Below are positions 20,480 to 29,636 of a stretch of DNA of 64,000 nucleotides, piece after piece. Positions within the stretch are counted from its first letter, which is position 1. The number at the start of each line of letters is the position of its first letter. A program made the translations under genes and the position numbers. The notes under the pieces were generated by a model. That model searched no databases. It was not told the DNA's origin and worked only from the letters and a program-made list of their open reading frames with translations. Source of the stretch: Spirochaetia bacterium (GTDB taxonomy: Bacteria; Spirochaetota; Spirochaetia; SZUA-6; Bin103); NCBI GenBank assembly GCA_965203055.1, contig OZ241863.1:2336001-2400000 (forward strand), read 5' to 3'.

Positions 20480-23283
20480 TCGGTCGTACTCCAGGTGAAG
20501 GTCTGCTGGCCGGTAACCCGGCGGTCGATCTCGTCGGCGAAGGCGGCGCCCTCGATCACGCTCCGCCAGTTGGCGTTCAGCCGGGCGAGGACGCGCTGCT
20601 CGGCGGTAGGGTTGCTCTCCCGCAGCTCGGAACGGCCGTGGGCCGGCCCGGCGAGCGCCTCGGCGACCAGGCGGAGCTGTTCCTGGTTCGGGCGCGCCGC
20701 GTCGAGAAAATCGGGCAGTTCCGCCGGGCGGTTGTCGAGCAACCAGAGCACCCGGTGGAGGACGTCGATGAGCGGCGCCGAGCGGCTGTCCGCCGGCGCC
20801 CCCACGCGCCGGTCGCCGCCGCGCTCGTCGTAGGTGCGCACGCGGAACCGGCCGCCGGCCTGCTCCACCAGCGCCGGCGCCGGCCCGGAGAGTCCGCCGG
20901 CGCCGGCGATCTCGATGCCGAACGGCGGGCAGAAGACGTAGGCCTCACCGGCTGGGATGCTCCCCTCGCGATAGGTGAAGCGCCACATGAGGTAGAACTG
21001 CGTGAGCGCGTCGACCGAACCGACCGCGGACCGCGACAGCCCGAAGATCTCGGCCAGCATCACCTCCAGCACCTCGCCTTCGACCACCTGAAGAAAGCGC
21101 TCGGCGGGCACCGGCTCGCCGTTGGCGTATTCGACGGCGCTGAACTGCGTGTAGGCGCGCAGCCCGGCGCCGACCGCGGCCATCAGCAGGTCGGCGCCGC
21201 CGATCCCCGCGCCGCCGGCCCACAACGTGCGCACCCGTTCGCGCGCGATGCGGCGCAGTTCCGGCTCCACCTCGGTCTCGTAGCGGCCGGTCGCCGCAGC
21301 CTGCCGCCGGCGGGCGACGAAGAAGATGCTGTCCGACAGCGCCGCGGCGCCCTGCGCGTTGACCCGGCCGCGCGATTCGGTCTGCACCGGCCATGCCTCG
21401 GTCACCGTGAGCCCGGCGCCGACCAGGGCGCGGATCAACGTCGCCCATCCTTCCGTGGTCCGATGGGCGTAGACGCAGACCAGCGGCGCTCCCGGCTTCA
21501 ACACGCGCCGCGCCTCGGCGAAGGAGCGGCGCATCAGCTCCTGGTAGTGGGCGTTGGCCTGCTCCTTGTCACCGCCGTGCTCGCTCGGTTGCGCCACCGC
21601 CTCGCGCCGCTTCGGCGGCGCCGGCAGCGCGAAGTGTTCCGGGTACAGGTCGCCGAGGATGCGCTTCAGCCACACGTAGAAGAACGCCGACAGGTCGGCG
21701 TAGTAGATGCTGCTGTAGTACGGCGGATCGGTGATGACCGCGTCGAAGGTCTCGTCGGCGTAGAACAGCTTCTCGGCGTTGCCGCGGGTCACCACCGCCG
21801 GCGTTTCGATCTTGGCGAGCTCGCGCATGCAGTACGCTTCCCGGTCCAGGGCAAACGGCAGGCAACCCTCTGTCAGGGCACTGAAATTGATCTCCGAGAA
21901 GTCGTAGACCATCTTGAGCGCCTGCCGATCGCCGATTGCGCCTTTGGTACGCTGAACTGCCGGCTCCCACCTTGCAAACTTGTTGAACGCGATTACCAAG
22001 CGACCAAACGCCATCGAAAAGTAGGTCGCCAGCGCCAGCGCCCGCTGCTCATCCACACCCTCCTGGCGCATCTCGCGGTGGATTCGCCGCAGGTGCTTGA
22101 CGAGCGTGAACAGCACCAGCAGTTGCCGGGAGGTGAACAGATCCTGATAGCGCTCGACGCCGTACCCCGGCAGTTGATCGCGGAGCTTGCCCTGCAGCGT
22201 CTCCGCCGGGCGCTCGCACCGGAGTTCGCGTTCCAGACCGGTCAGCCGATCTTCGAGCTCCTGCGCCGCGGGAATCGCCGCCGCCGCCGCGCTCAGGTAC
22301 AGCTTGGAACCTCGCTTCTGCTTCCCCTGCTCGCGCTTGCCGGCCGTGCTTACCACCGCCGCCAGCGACTCCCCCATCCGTCCGGCCGCGGCCATCGCCT
22401 TGACGTAATCGGCCGGCGCCGGCGTGGCGCACGCCGCGCACACCGCCTGCCCGGCGCCGGTCTGTCCGGTCTGCGCCGACACGTCGCGGGCGCTCGTTCC
22501 CGACACGATGTCCCAGCGCAGCCGGTCGTGCGCGTCGATGCGCGGCAGCGCGGCCACGGCCAGGTCTCCCCGCTTGCGCAGCCACGCCTGCCGCACGAGC
22601 GGTACCGGCGCGGCGCAGCCGGGCCGCCGGCAGGGCACGGTACGCGCCCAGACGTAGGCGACCGGCGCCGGGCGGCGGTCGAAGTCATCCGCATCGCCAT
22701 CGAACAGCGGCGTCTGCGCCGCTACCGCCGCATCCGCGTCCGGGATCGACACCGGCGGGTAGAGGTCGCCAACCTCCTGCCGCATCCGCTCCATAAGGAC
22801 GCCGCTCCAGCGCTCGAAGTCGTCGGCAAGGCCGGAGCCGAATCGCTGCGGATAGACCAGCGTGCACAACTCGATCAGATGCGCCACCGGGTTGTAGTCG
22901 ACGGCGTGGCTCTCGCAGCCGAGGCGCGCCGCCTCCAGCGGAATCGACCCGCCGCCGGCGAACGGATCGAGCACCTTGGGCGCCCGCCCGCCGTGCAGGT
23001 CCCTGATGCTCGCCGCCGCCCGCCCGACTTCCCGCCGGGCCGGCTGGTACGCCGCCAGCCGGCCCACGAAGGCGGCGGCATCCTTGCGTTCGTCATCGCT
23101 GCGCGGCGCCGGCACCAGCGCCGCGTAGATCGCCGCCCGCACCGCGCTGATCGGGCGCCGCGCCGGCCAGTAGTGCACCATCTCCACGTACCGCCGCGGA
23201 TGCAACTTCTCGCGCGCCGCGATCGCATTGAGCACCTCGAGCGGCAGATAATCCTCGATCAGCCTGCGGTCACCCGTTTCCAT
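20476..23283 (-). CDS. DUF1156-family adenine-specific DNA methyltransferase
   Basis: N-terminal RRLIEDYLPL...HYWPARRP, motif I LDPFAGGGSIPLEA, motif IV VITDPPYY, and Cys pairs PCRRPGC and CAAC. The stop overlaps the DUF499 start (ATGA). Confidence 0.9.
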   Translation of the reverse strand: METGDRRLIEDYLPLEVLNAIAAREKLHPRRYVEMVHYWPARRPISAVRAAIYAALVPAPRSDDERKDAAAFVGRLAAYQPARREVGRAAASIRDLHGGRAPKVLDPFAGGGSIPLEAARLGCESHAVDYNPVAHLIELCTLVYPQRFGSGLADDFERWSGVLMERMRQEVGDLYPPVSIPDADAAVAAQTPLFDGDADDFDRRPAPVAYVWARTVPCRRPGCAAPVPLVRQAWLRKRGDLAVAALPRIDAHDRLRWDIVSGTSARDVSAQTGQTGAGQAVCAACATPAPADYVKAMAAAGRMGESLAAVVSTAGKREQGKQKRGSKLYLSAAAAAIPAAQELEDRLTGLERELRCERPAETLQGKLRDQLPGYGVERYQDLFTSRQLLVLFTLVKHLRRIHREMRQEGVDEQRALALATYFSMAFGRLVIAFNKFARWEPAVQRTKGAIGDRQALKMVYDFSEINFSALTEGCLPFALDREAYCMRELAKIETPAVVTRGNAEKLFYADETFDAVITDPPYYSSIYYADLSAFFYVWLKRILGDLYPEHFALPAPPKRREAVAQPSEHGGDKEQANAHYQELMRRSFAEARRVLKPGAPLVCVYAHRTTEGWATLIRALVGAGLTVTEAWPVQTESRGRVNAQGAAALSDSIFFVARRRQAAATGRYETEVEPELRRIARERVRTLWAGGAGIGGADLLMAAVGAGLRAYTQFSAVEYANGEPVPAERFLQVVEGEVLEVMLAEIFGLSRSAVGSVDALTQFYLMWRFTYREGSIPAGEAYVFCPPFGIEIAGAGGLSGPAPALVEQAGGRFRVRTYDERGGDRRVGAPADSRSAPLIDVLHRVLWLLDNRPAELPDFLDAARPNQEQLRLVAEALAGPAHGRSELRESNPTAEQRVLARLNANWRSVIEGAAFADEIDRRVTGQQTFTWSTTE

Positions 23284-23381
23284 CGTCACGCTGTCGGCTT
23301 GTGGTCCCCACGACCGACGGTACGGCGAGATGCTCGCCGCGGCCGGCGGCGACCGTCGTTCCGTCGTGTCTCCGGTCGATC

Positions 23382-23751
23382 CTACGCGAGCAACGCGAAC
23401 ACCGTCGTCAGCGACGTGACGACCACGAAGCCCACGCCGATCATCCACGTCAGCGTGTTGAAGCGCTTGTCCACCGTCTCAAACCGCTTGTCGACGTGCC
23501 AGATCAGATGCCCGAATCGGTTTGTCCACCGCGTCGAAGCGATGCTCCATGAACCTGAAGCGTTCGTCCATCAGCACCCGCAACACCTTGAGCTCTTCCT
23601 CGACCCGTACCATACGCTCCAACAGGGCGATGGGGACAACGACGGTCTCCGCCCGCGGGACCGCGTGGTTCACCAGCTCCCGGAGCCACGGCTTGACGTA
23701 GTCCCCGATGCGGACGACGTCCTCTTCCTTCAGCATCACCGGCTCTCCCAT
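23382..23751 (-). pseudogene. Small coiled-coil protein with (V)DKRF repeats and a C-terminal TM helix, broken by a +1 frameshift near 23520
   Basis: The first frame reads ...LLERMVRVEEELK...RFDAVDK. Removing one C from AAACCGATT gives RFGHLIWHVDKRFETVDKRFNTLTWMIGVGFVVVTSLTTVFALLA-stop (23382). A TATAGT box and AGGAGG lie upstream. Confidence 0.75.
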
Positions 23752-23817
23752 CAGCACCTCCTGCTACTATAGCCCAATAACGCGCCGGAGGCGCTGGCGC
23801 TTCAATCCGTCCATCCG

Positions 23818-26800
23818 TCAGGATGCCTCCTGCTCGCGCGCGGCCTGCTCGACGGCGGCGGCCGGCAGGTCATAGTAGCGGGACCCGACGACCTCCTGCT
23901 TGGCGTGGTCCAGGCGACGCGCCGGGTTGCGGATCATCAGCGGCACCGGGCTGGGGTCATCCAGCGGGTCCCAGACGACGTACAGCCAGTAGCTGTCGCC
24001 GAGTTGTTGCGCCTTGTACCACTCGTTGGTGGTCAGCCGGACCGGGCGGCCGCGGCGGCGGCCCTTCACTTCGATACGCCGCACGCCGGTCACCGGATCG
24101 CGGTAGCCGGTCTGCGCGTCCGGCGGCGCCAGGCTGCGGATGTCGAAGCCGATCTTCTCGCGGCCTACCCGGGTGCACTCGCGGCCTTGGCGCTCCTCGT
24201 AGGCGACCACCACCTCCTCGGCGGCGCGTTCGACCCGCTGCTGCAACTTGGCGTCCGGCTCGGCGGCGCCGTCCGGGGGCAGCACCAGGCAGCTCGCCAG
24301 GTGCCGCACGGGACCGTGGCGGGCGACGCGCAGCCGCTCGATCCCGGCCAGGCGTCCGGCATGGGTGCGCTGCAGGTCTTCCAGGTCCCGCTCCGCGCGC
24401 TGCCGCGCCAGCGCCACCTGCGGCTCGCTTCGCTCGCGCCCGAGCAGCGCCATCACCCGGTTCTGCGCCGCCCGCCGCCGCGCCGCGAACGACTTCTCCA
24501 GGTACGCGCGCGCCACGTCCGCATAGCGGCCGCGCTCGGCCTGAGCCGCCCGCCGCCGCGCCATCTGCACGGTGGCCTTCACGTAGTCGTCGATCGGCCC
24601 GCGATCGACCGCCGGCAGAGTCGCCGGCGGCTGCGGGTGCGCCGGCAGGTCGATCAGCACGTCCGCCGGCACCGCGCAGTACGGACCGCCGCCCGCCGCG
24701 CCGGTATCGATCTCCTCCCGCACCGCCGCCAGTTCGGCGTGAACGGTCGCCGCCGCGCCGCCGGGCGAGTGGCCGCGCAGCGCGATCTCATAGAAGTGGA
24801 GCCGATACGGCGTCTCGGCCGCGGGGTCCAGGTACACCGCGGTCCGGCCCGCCAGCTCCTGCAGCAGCTCCTGCAGCTTCTCGTCGACCGCGCCGTAGAG
24901 CGGGTGGCCGGGGCCGAGCAGCACCGCGTCCTGGTGCTGCGCCTGCTCCAGATGCTCCTTGTAGCAGGTCAACTTGCGATAGCCGGCCGCCGGCTTGCCG
25001 AGCCGGCGCACCGCGGCGAGGCGCTCCGAGCGCAGGTCGGCGCGCACGTGGTCGATCCGCCACAACCCGTCGGCGCGCGCTTCCACGCGCTGGCCCACCG
25101 CGGCGGCCGCCTGCAGGAAGTGCGACTCCACGTAGCGCGGCATCAGACGCCGCTCCTCCGCCTCCAGGTTGGCCTGCGCGAAGGCCGGGAAATCGACGTG
25201 GGAACGCGCCAGGGCGATGCCGCTCGCCTCCTCGTACCGTTCCGGGAGCTGCGGATCGATCCGCTCGATGTCGTCGAGATACTCCTCCAGCCGCCGCGGC
25301 TCAGAGGCCACCGCGCGCAGCATCTCCGGCAGGTCGATCCGGTTCAGCGCGAGCACTTCGCCCACCACGTCGAATACCCGATCGCCGAGCGCGGCGCGCA
25401 TCCGCTCCAGCTTGCTCAGCAGCCGCTCCAGGATGCGGCCCTCGATCACCGGCCGGCCATCCTCCGCCGAGGCGGCGACGAAGTTGAAGGCATGGACGTC
25501 GCGCGCCTGCCCGATGCGGTGGATGCGGCCCAGGCGCTGCTCCAGGCGGGTCGGGTTCCAGGGCAGATCGTAGTTGATCAGCAGGTGGCAGAACTGCAGG
25601 TTGATGCCTTCGCCGGCCGCCTCGGTGGCCACGCACACCTGCCGGCCGGCGCGGAACGCCTCCTGCGCCCGGCGGCGTTCCGGCTGGCTCATCCCGCCGT
25701 GGATCGCGCAGGTCGAATAGCCCCAGGCTGCGAGGTGTTCCCGCAGATGGTCGAGCGTGTCGCGGTGTTCGGTGAAGATGAGCAGCTTGCCGCGGCCATC
25801 CTGCAGCTCGGCGAATTCCGCCCGCGCCAAGCAGTCGCGCAGGGCGCGCAGCTTGGAGTCGCGCCCGCCGTCGCGCACCCGGCCGACGCGCGCCGTCAGC
25901 TCGCCGAGCGCCGCGACTTCCGCCCGGAGCCGGTCCAGGTCGATCCCGTCGAGCGCGGCGCCGGCCAGCTCGTCGCGGGCGGCGTCGTCCAGGTCGTCCT
26001 CCTCCTGTTCCACATCGGCGAGGCGGCCGGCGAGCTGCGCGAGACGCCGCGCCCGCGCAGCCGGGGCAAGCCGTTCCAGTTCCTCCACCAAGTCCGAAAG
26101 CCGCGCCCGGCGGCGGCGCAACGACTCGTGAATCGCGCGCGTCGAGCTCGCCAGGCGGCGCTGGAATACGGTGCGCACCAGGGCGGCGCTGTGCTTGCGG
26201 CTGCCGCTCGCGTGCGGCAGGAACTCGTTGATATACGCGGTGACCGCCTGGTAGACCGCGTACTCCTCCGGTCCAAGATGGAAGCTGACGGTGCCGACGT
26301 GGCGGTCCGGGAACAACCGGCGGCCGCGCAGGTCCTTGAGATCTTCCTTGAGCCGGCGCAGCGCCCACGGGCAGTCGTCGCCGAGACGCAGGATGTCGCG
26401 CCGGAGGTCACGCGCCGCCGCGCCGTAGCGGTGCGGCTCGGGGAACAGATCGCGGTCGAGCAGGCGAATGAAGTGGGCGAAGCGGTCGTCGTCGCCGTGG
26501 TGCGGGGTGGCGGTGAGCAGCAGCAGGTTGTCGGCGAGCTCGGAGAGCCGTTCGGCGAGTCGATAGCGCCTGGTGCGCTCGATCTCGTCGCCGCGCCCGG
26601 CCGCGCGCCGGGTGAAGGCGCTGCACTTGTGCGCCTCGTCGATGATCACCAGGTCCCAGCGCTGCTGCCACACCCGCTCCCGGACTTCGTCGCGCTTGGC
26701 GTAGTCGATAGACGCGATCACCTGCGGCTCGCGCTCCCACGGATTCAGCGCCTGCCGGCCGTCGTTGGCGGAATCGATGATCTGGAACGGCTCGTTGAAG

Positions 26801-27357
26801 AAGCGCAGCAACTCGTCCTGCCACTGGCCGGTAAGCGGCGCCGGCACCAGGATCAGGCAGCGCTCCAGCGCGGCGCGCAGCTTCAGTTCCTTGATGAGGA
26901 GGCCGGCCATGATCGTCTTGCCGGCGCCGGGGTCGTCGGCCAGCAGGAAGCGCAGCCGCGGCTGCGGCAGCATCTTCAGGTAGACCGCCTCGAGCTGATG
27001 CGGCAGAGTGCGGATGCCGGACAGGCTCACCGCGAACTGCCGGTCATGGGCGTGCGCCAGCCGGATGCGGGCCGACTCGACCAGCAGCCGCAACCGTTCC
27101 GCGTCGACCGGCGGCGCCGGCTGCGCGGCAGCTTCGCCGGCGGCATAGTCGCCGGCCGCGCCGAACGCCGCGGCCGCTTCCTCGGCCGAGAGGACCGCCT
27201 CGTCGAGCGTCCCGTCGGGCAGGCGCACGCGGCACTCGCAGCCGCCCGCGCCGCCGGGGCCGAGCGGGCGGATCGCTTCCAGGACGACCGGCCCGGCGAA
27301 GTGGCCCGGCAGCGCCACGCGGCGCCCGACCGGCGCTGCCAGGGAGTTACCGACCAC
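23818..27357 (-). CDS. SNF2/SWI2-family helicase fused to a C-terminal DUF3883 (NOV-C) nuclease domain
   Basis: LLADDPGAGKT, IIDEAHK, LLLTATPH, EGINLQ and NYDLPWNPTRLEQRLGRIHRIGQ. C-terminal GFDIRS...RRIEVKG...LTTNEW...YWLYVV. Confidence 0.9.
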   Translation of the reverse strand: MVGNSLAAPVGRRVALPGHFAGPVVLEAIRPLGPGGAGGCECRVRLPDGTLDEAVLSAEEAAAAFGAAGDYAAGEAAAQPAPPVDAERLRLLVESARIRLAHAHDRQFAVSLSGIRTLPHQLEAVYLKMLPQPRLRFLLADDPGAGKTIMAGLLIKELKLRAALERCLILVPAPLTGQWQDELLRFFNEPFQIIDSANDGRQALNPWEREPQVIASIDYAKRDEVRERVWQQRWDLVIIDEAHKCSAFTRRAAGRGDEIERTRRYRLAERLSELADNLLLLTATPHHGDDDRFAHFIRLLDRDLFPEPHRYGAAARDLRRDILRLGDDCPWALRRLKEDLKDLRGRRLFPDRHVGTVSFHLGPEEYAVYQAVTAYINEFLPHASGSRKHSAALVRTVFQRRLASSTRAIHESLRRRRARLSDLVEELERLAPAARARRLAQLAGRLADVEQEEDDLDDAARDELAGAALDGIDLDRLRAEVAALGELTARVGRVRDGGRDSKLRALRDCLARAEFAELQDGRGKLLIFTEHRDTLDHLREHLAAWGYSTCAIHGGMSQPERRRAQEAFRAGRQVCVATEAAGEGINLQFCHLLINYDLPWNPTRLEQRLGRIHRIGQARDVHAFNFVAASAEDGRPVIEGRILERLLSKLERMRAALGDRVFDVVGEVLALNRIDLPEMLRAVASEPRRLEEYLDDIERIDPQLPERYEEASGIALARSHVDFPAFAQANLEAEERRLMPRYVESHFLQAAAAVGQRVEARADGLWRIDHVRADLRSERLAAVRRLGKPAAGYRKLTCYKEHLEQAQHQDAVLLGPGHPLYGAVDEKLQELLQELAGRTAVYLDPAAETPYRLHFYEIALRGHSPGGAAATVHAELAAVREEIDTGAAGGGPYCAVPADVLIDLPAHPQPPATLPAVDRGPIDDYVKATVQMARRRAAQAERGRYADVARAYLEKSFAARRRAAQNRVMALLGRERSEPQVALARQRAERDLEDLQRTHAGRLAGIERLRVARHGPVRHLASCLVLPPDGAAEPDAKLQQRVERAAEEVVVAYEERQGRECTRVGREKIGFDIRSLAPPDAQTGYRDPVTGVRRIEVKGRRRGRPVRLTTNEWYKAQQLGDSYWLYVVWDPLDDPSPVPLMIRNPARRLDHAKQEVVGSRYYDLPAAAVEQAAREQEAS

Positions 27358-27416
27358 TCGAACCCGACTCTCCGTTCGTTCGCGCCGGGCGCCGGGGCGC
27401 CTCGCGGCGCCCTCGG

Positions 27417-29462
27417 TCAGCGCCCGGCGGCGGCCTCGGCGGCCTGCGCGCGCTTGATCACGTCCTCGGCCAGGCGTCCGGTCAGCGGAGCATAGTGGGC
27501 GAACTCCACCTCGAACGACGCGGTGCCGGAGGTCATCGACTTGAGGTCGATGGCGTAGCGCAGCAGCTCCGCCTGCGGCACCAGCGCCTTGACCTCCAGC
27601 ATGCCGGCGCCGGCCGGCTCCTGGCCCTGGATGCGCCCGCGCCGGCCACTCAGGTCCGACAGCACGTCGCCAAGGTACTGTTCCTCGACGATTACCGTCA
27701 GGCCGGCGACCGGTTCCAGGAGCACCGGCCGGGCCTGCTCGACCGCGCTGCGCAGCGCGCCGCGGGCGGCCAGCGCGAACGCCAGCTCCGACGAGTCGAC
27801 CGAGTGCTCCTTGCCGTCCACCAGCGTGGCTTCGATGCCCATCACCGGAAAGCCGGCCAGCACCCCCTCGGCCATCCCCTCGCGCAGCCCCTTTTCGACC
27901 CCCGGGATGTAGCCCTTGGAGATGGCGCCGCCGACGATCTGGTTGACGAACGTGAACTCCTCGCCGTTCGCCAGCGGCCGGATCTTGATCTCCACCTTGG
28001 CGTACTGGCCGTGGCCGCCGGTCTGCTTCTTGTGCTGGTACTCGGCGCCGGCGGAGCCGTTGATGGTCTCGCGGTAGGCGATGCGCGGCACGTTGGTCCG
28101 CACTTCCACCTTGGCGGCGTTCTTGAGCCGCTCCAGCGCGATGGAAAGCTGCAGCTCGCCCATGGTGGACACTACCGTTTCGCGGGTCTCGCCGTTGTAG
28201 CGGACCCGGAAGGTGGGGTCTTCCTCGGCGACGCGGCTCAGGAACTGTCCCAGCTTGTCCTCATCCTTCTTGGACGCGGCGGCCACGGTCACCGCGTGCA
28301 CCGGCTGCGGCAGGTCCAACGGCGGATAGCTCAGCTCCGAATCCTGGGCCAGGGTGTCGCCGGTGGCGGCGCTGGCAAGCTTGGTCAGCACCCCCAGATC
28401 GCCGGCGGCAAGCGCCGGAACATCCTTCAGGCCGGCGCCTTGCAGCGCGTACAGCTTGCTGATGCGCTCCTTCTTGCCGTCGCGCGTGGTGACCAGCTCG
28501 GCGTCCGGGGTCAGCCGGCCGCTCATGACCTTGATCCAGGACAGCTTGCCGGAGTACTGGTCCAGACTGGTCTTGAACACGAACGCCGACGGCTCGCCCT
28601 CGGCGCTGACCGGGGGCTCGCCGGCCGCCGCCAGCGGCGACGGCGCCGCCAGCCGGATCAGGTCCAGCAAGCTGGCGACCCCCGCGTTGAGGGTAGCGGA
28701 GCCGGCCACCACCGGCACCACCTGGCCGGCCTGCAGCGACGCCGCCAGGCCGGTCCGCACCTCCGCTTCGCTCAAGGTCTCCTCTTCGAGGTACTTCTCC
28801 ATGAGCGTGTCATCGCCTTCGGCCGCGCCTTCGATCAGACCCTGCCGGTACTCTTCGACGCTGTCCGCGGCCGCTTCCGGCACGGCGCCGGGAGACTCCT
28901 TGCCGCCGGTATGGGTCAACGCCGTGCCGCCGACCAGGTCCACCACCCCGGAGAACCCGGCGCCGGCGCCGAGCGGCACCACCGCCGGGACGAAGTTGCC
29001 GCCCAGCTTCTCCTGCAGATCGGCCACCACGTTGGCGAAGTCGGCGTGCTCCTTGTCCATCTGATTGACGAACACGACGCGCGGGATACCCGCGCTCCGC
29101 AGGCGCCGCCACAGCTTGGCGGTCTCGATCTGCACGCCCACGTCGGCGCCGACCGTCACTACCGCCAGATCGGCAACGTGCAGCGCGGACGCCACCTCGC
29201 CGACGAAGTCCGCCGAGCCGGGGGTGTCGAGCAGGTTGATCTTGGCGCCCTTCCATTGCAGGTGGGCCATGGCGGCGTGCACGGAGATGCCGCGCGCGAT
29301 TTCCTCAGGGGTGTGATCGCTGATCGACTTGCCGCCGTCGACCGGAGCGAACTTGGCCACCTCGCCGCCCTGCACCAGGGCCTGCTCCATCAGTGAGGTC
29401 TTCCCGGTACCGCCGTGACCGATGATCGCAACGTTGCGGATGTCGGAAGATGCCGTGCTCAT
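27417..29462 (-). CDS. Elongation factor G-like protein (EF-G II type, divergent GTPase motifs)
   Basis: GHGGTGKTSL, RGISV, DTPGSADF and NQMD, plus MGELQL, PRIAYRETI and HKKQTGGHGQYA. Confidence 0.9.
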   Translation of the reverse strand: MSTASSDIRNVAIIGHGGTGKTSLMEQALVQGGEVAKFAPVDGGKSISDHTPEEIARGISVHAAMAHLQWKGAKINLLDTPGSADFVGEVASALHVADLAVVTVGADVGVQIETAKLWRRLRSAGIPRVVFVNQMDKEHADFANVVADLQEKLGGNFVPAVVPLGAGAGFSGVVDLVGGTALTHTGGKESPGAVPEAAADSVEEYRQGLIEGAAEGDDTLMEKYLEEETLSEAEVRTGLAASLQAGQVVPVVAGSATLNAGVASLLDLIRLAAPSPLAAAGEPPVSAEGEPSAFVFKTSLDQYSGKLSWIKVMSGRLTPDAELVTTRDGKKERISKLYALQGAGLKDVPALAAGDLGVLTKLASAATGDTLAQDSELSYPPLDLPQPVHAVTVAAASKKDEDKLGQFLSRVAEEDPTFRVRYNGETRETVVSTMGELQLSIALERLKNAAKVEVRTNVPRIAYRETINGSAGAEYQHKKQTGGHGQYAKVEIKIRPLANGEEFTFVNQIVGGAISKGYIPGVEKGLREGMAEGVLAGFPVMGIEATLVDGKEHSVDSSELAFALAARGALRSAVEQARPVLLEPVAGLTVIVEEQYLGDVLSDLSGRRGRIQGQEPAGAGMLEVKALVPQAELLRYAIDLKSMTSGTASFEVEFAHYAPLTGRLAEDVIKRAQAAEAAAGR

Positions 29463-29557
29463 GGCTGTGAGTCTCCTTGCCTGGGAAGTGGCAGGCGCAT
29501 CCAAAAGAGCCGCTCGGGTGGGGACGATCGCGGGGAGACGGCGCCGTGCCGTGCGGC

Positions 29558-29587
29558 ATGGTAGGTGCGCCGGGCGCCTCTTGTCAA
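29558..29587 (-). promoter_or_regulatory. sigma70-like promoter of the EF-G-like gene (TTGACA-N18-TACCAT)
   Basis: Consensus -35 at 29587-29582 and -10 at 29563-29558. Confidence 0.65.
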
Positions 29588-29636
29588 CGTTACGGGCGCG
29601 GCGCGCGCGGCGGGCGGCCCCTGAGCGGGCGCCGCT

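Larger units (their letters stand above)
12221..27357 (-). other. Putative defence island between gltX and the EF-G paralogs
   Basis: A contiguous run of nuclease, ATPase, methylase and helicase genes with compositional heterogeneity. No integrase, tRNA or terminal repeats were seen. Confidence 0.7.

Noticed and set aside
12105..27416. Defence island as a self-mobile element with tRNA or att boundaries
   Set aside because: No integrase, transposase, tRNA or flanking direct repeats were found by eye at either end.
20467..27495. Very long plus-strand ORFs (1101 aa, 1196 aa) and similar shadow ORFs across the window
   Set aside because: They are antisense or alternative-frame shadows of motif-bearing genes, expected from the scarcity of stop codons at very high GC. 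They contain no recognisable motifs.
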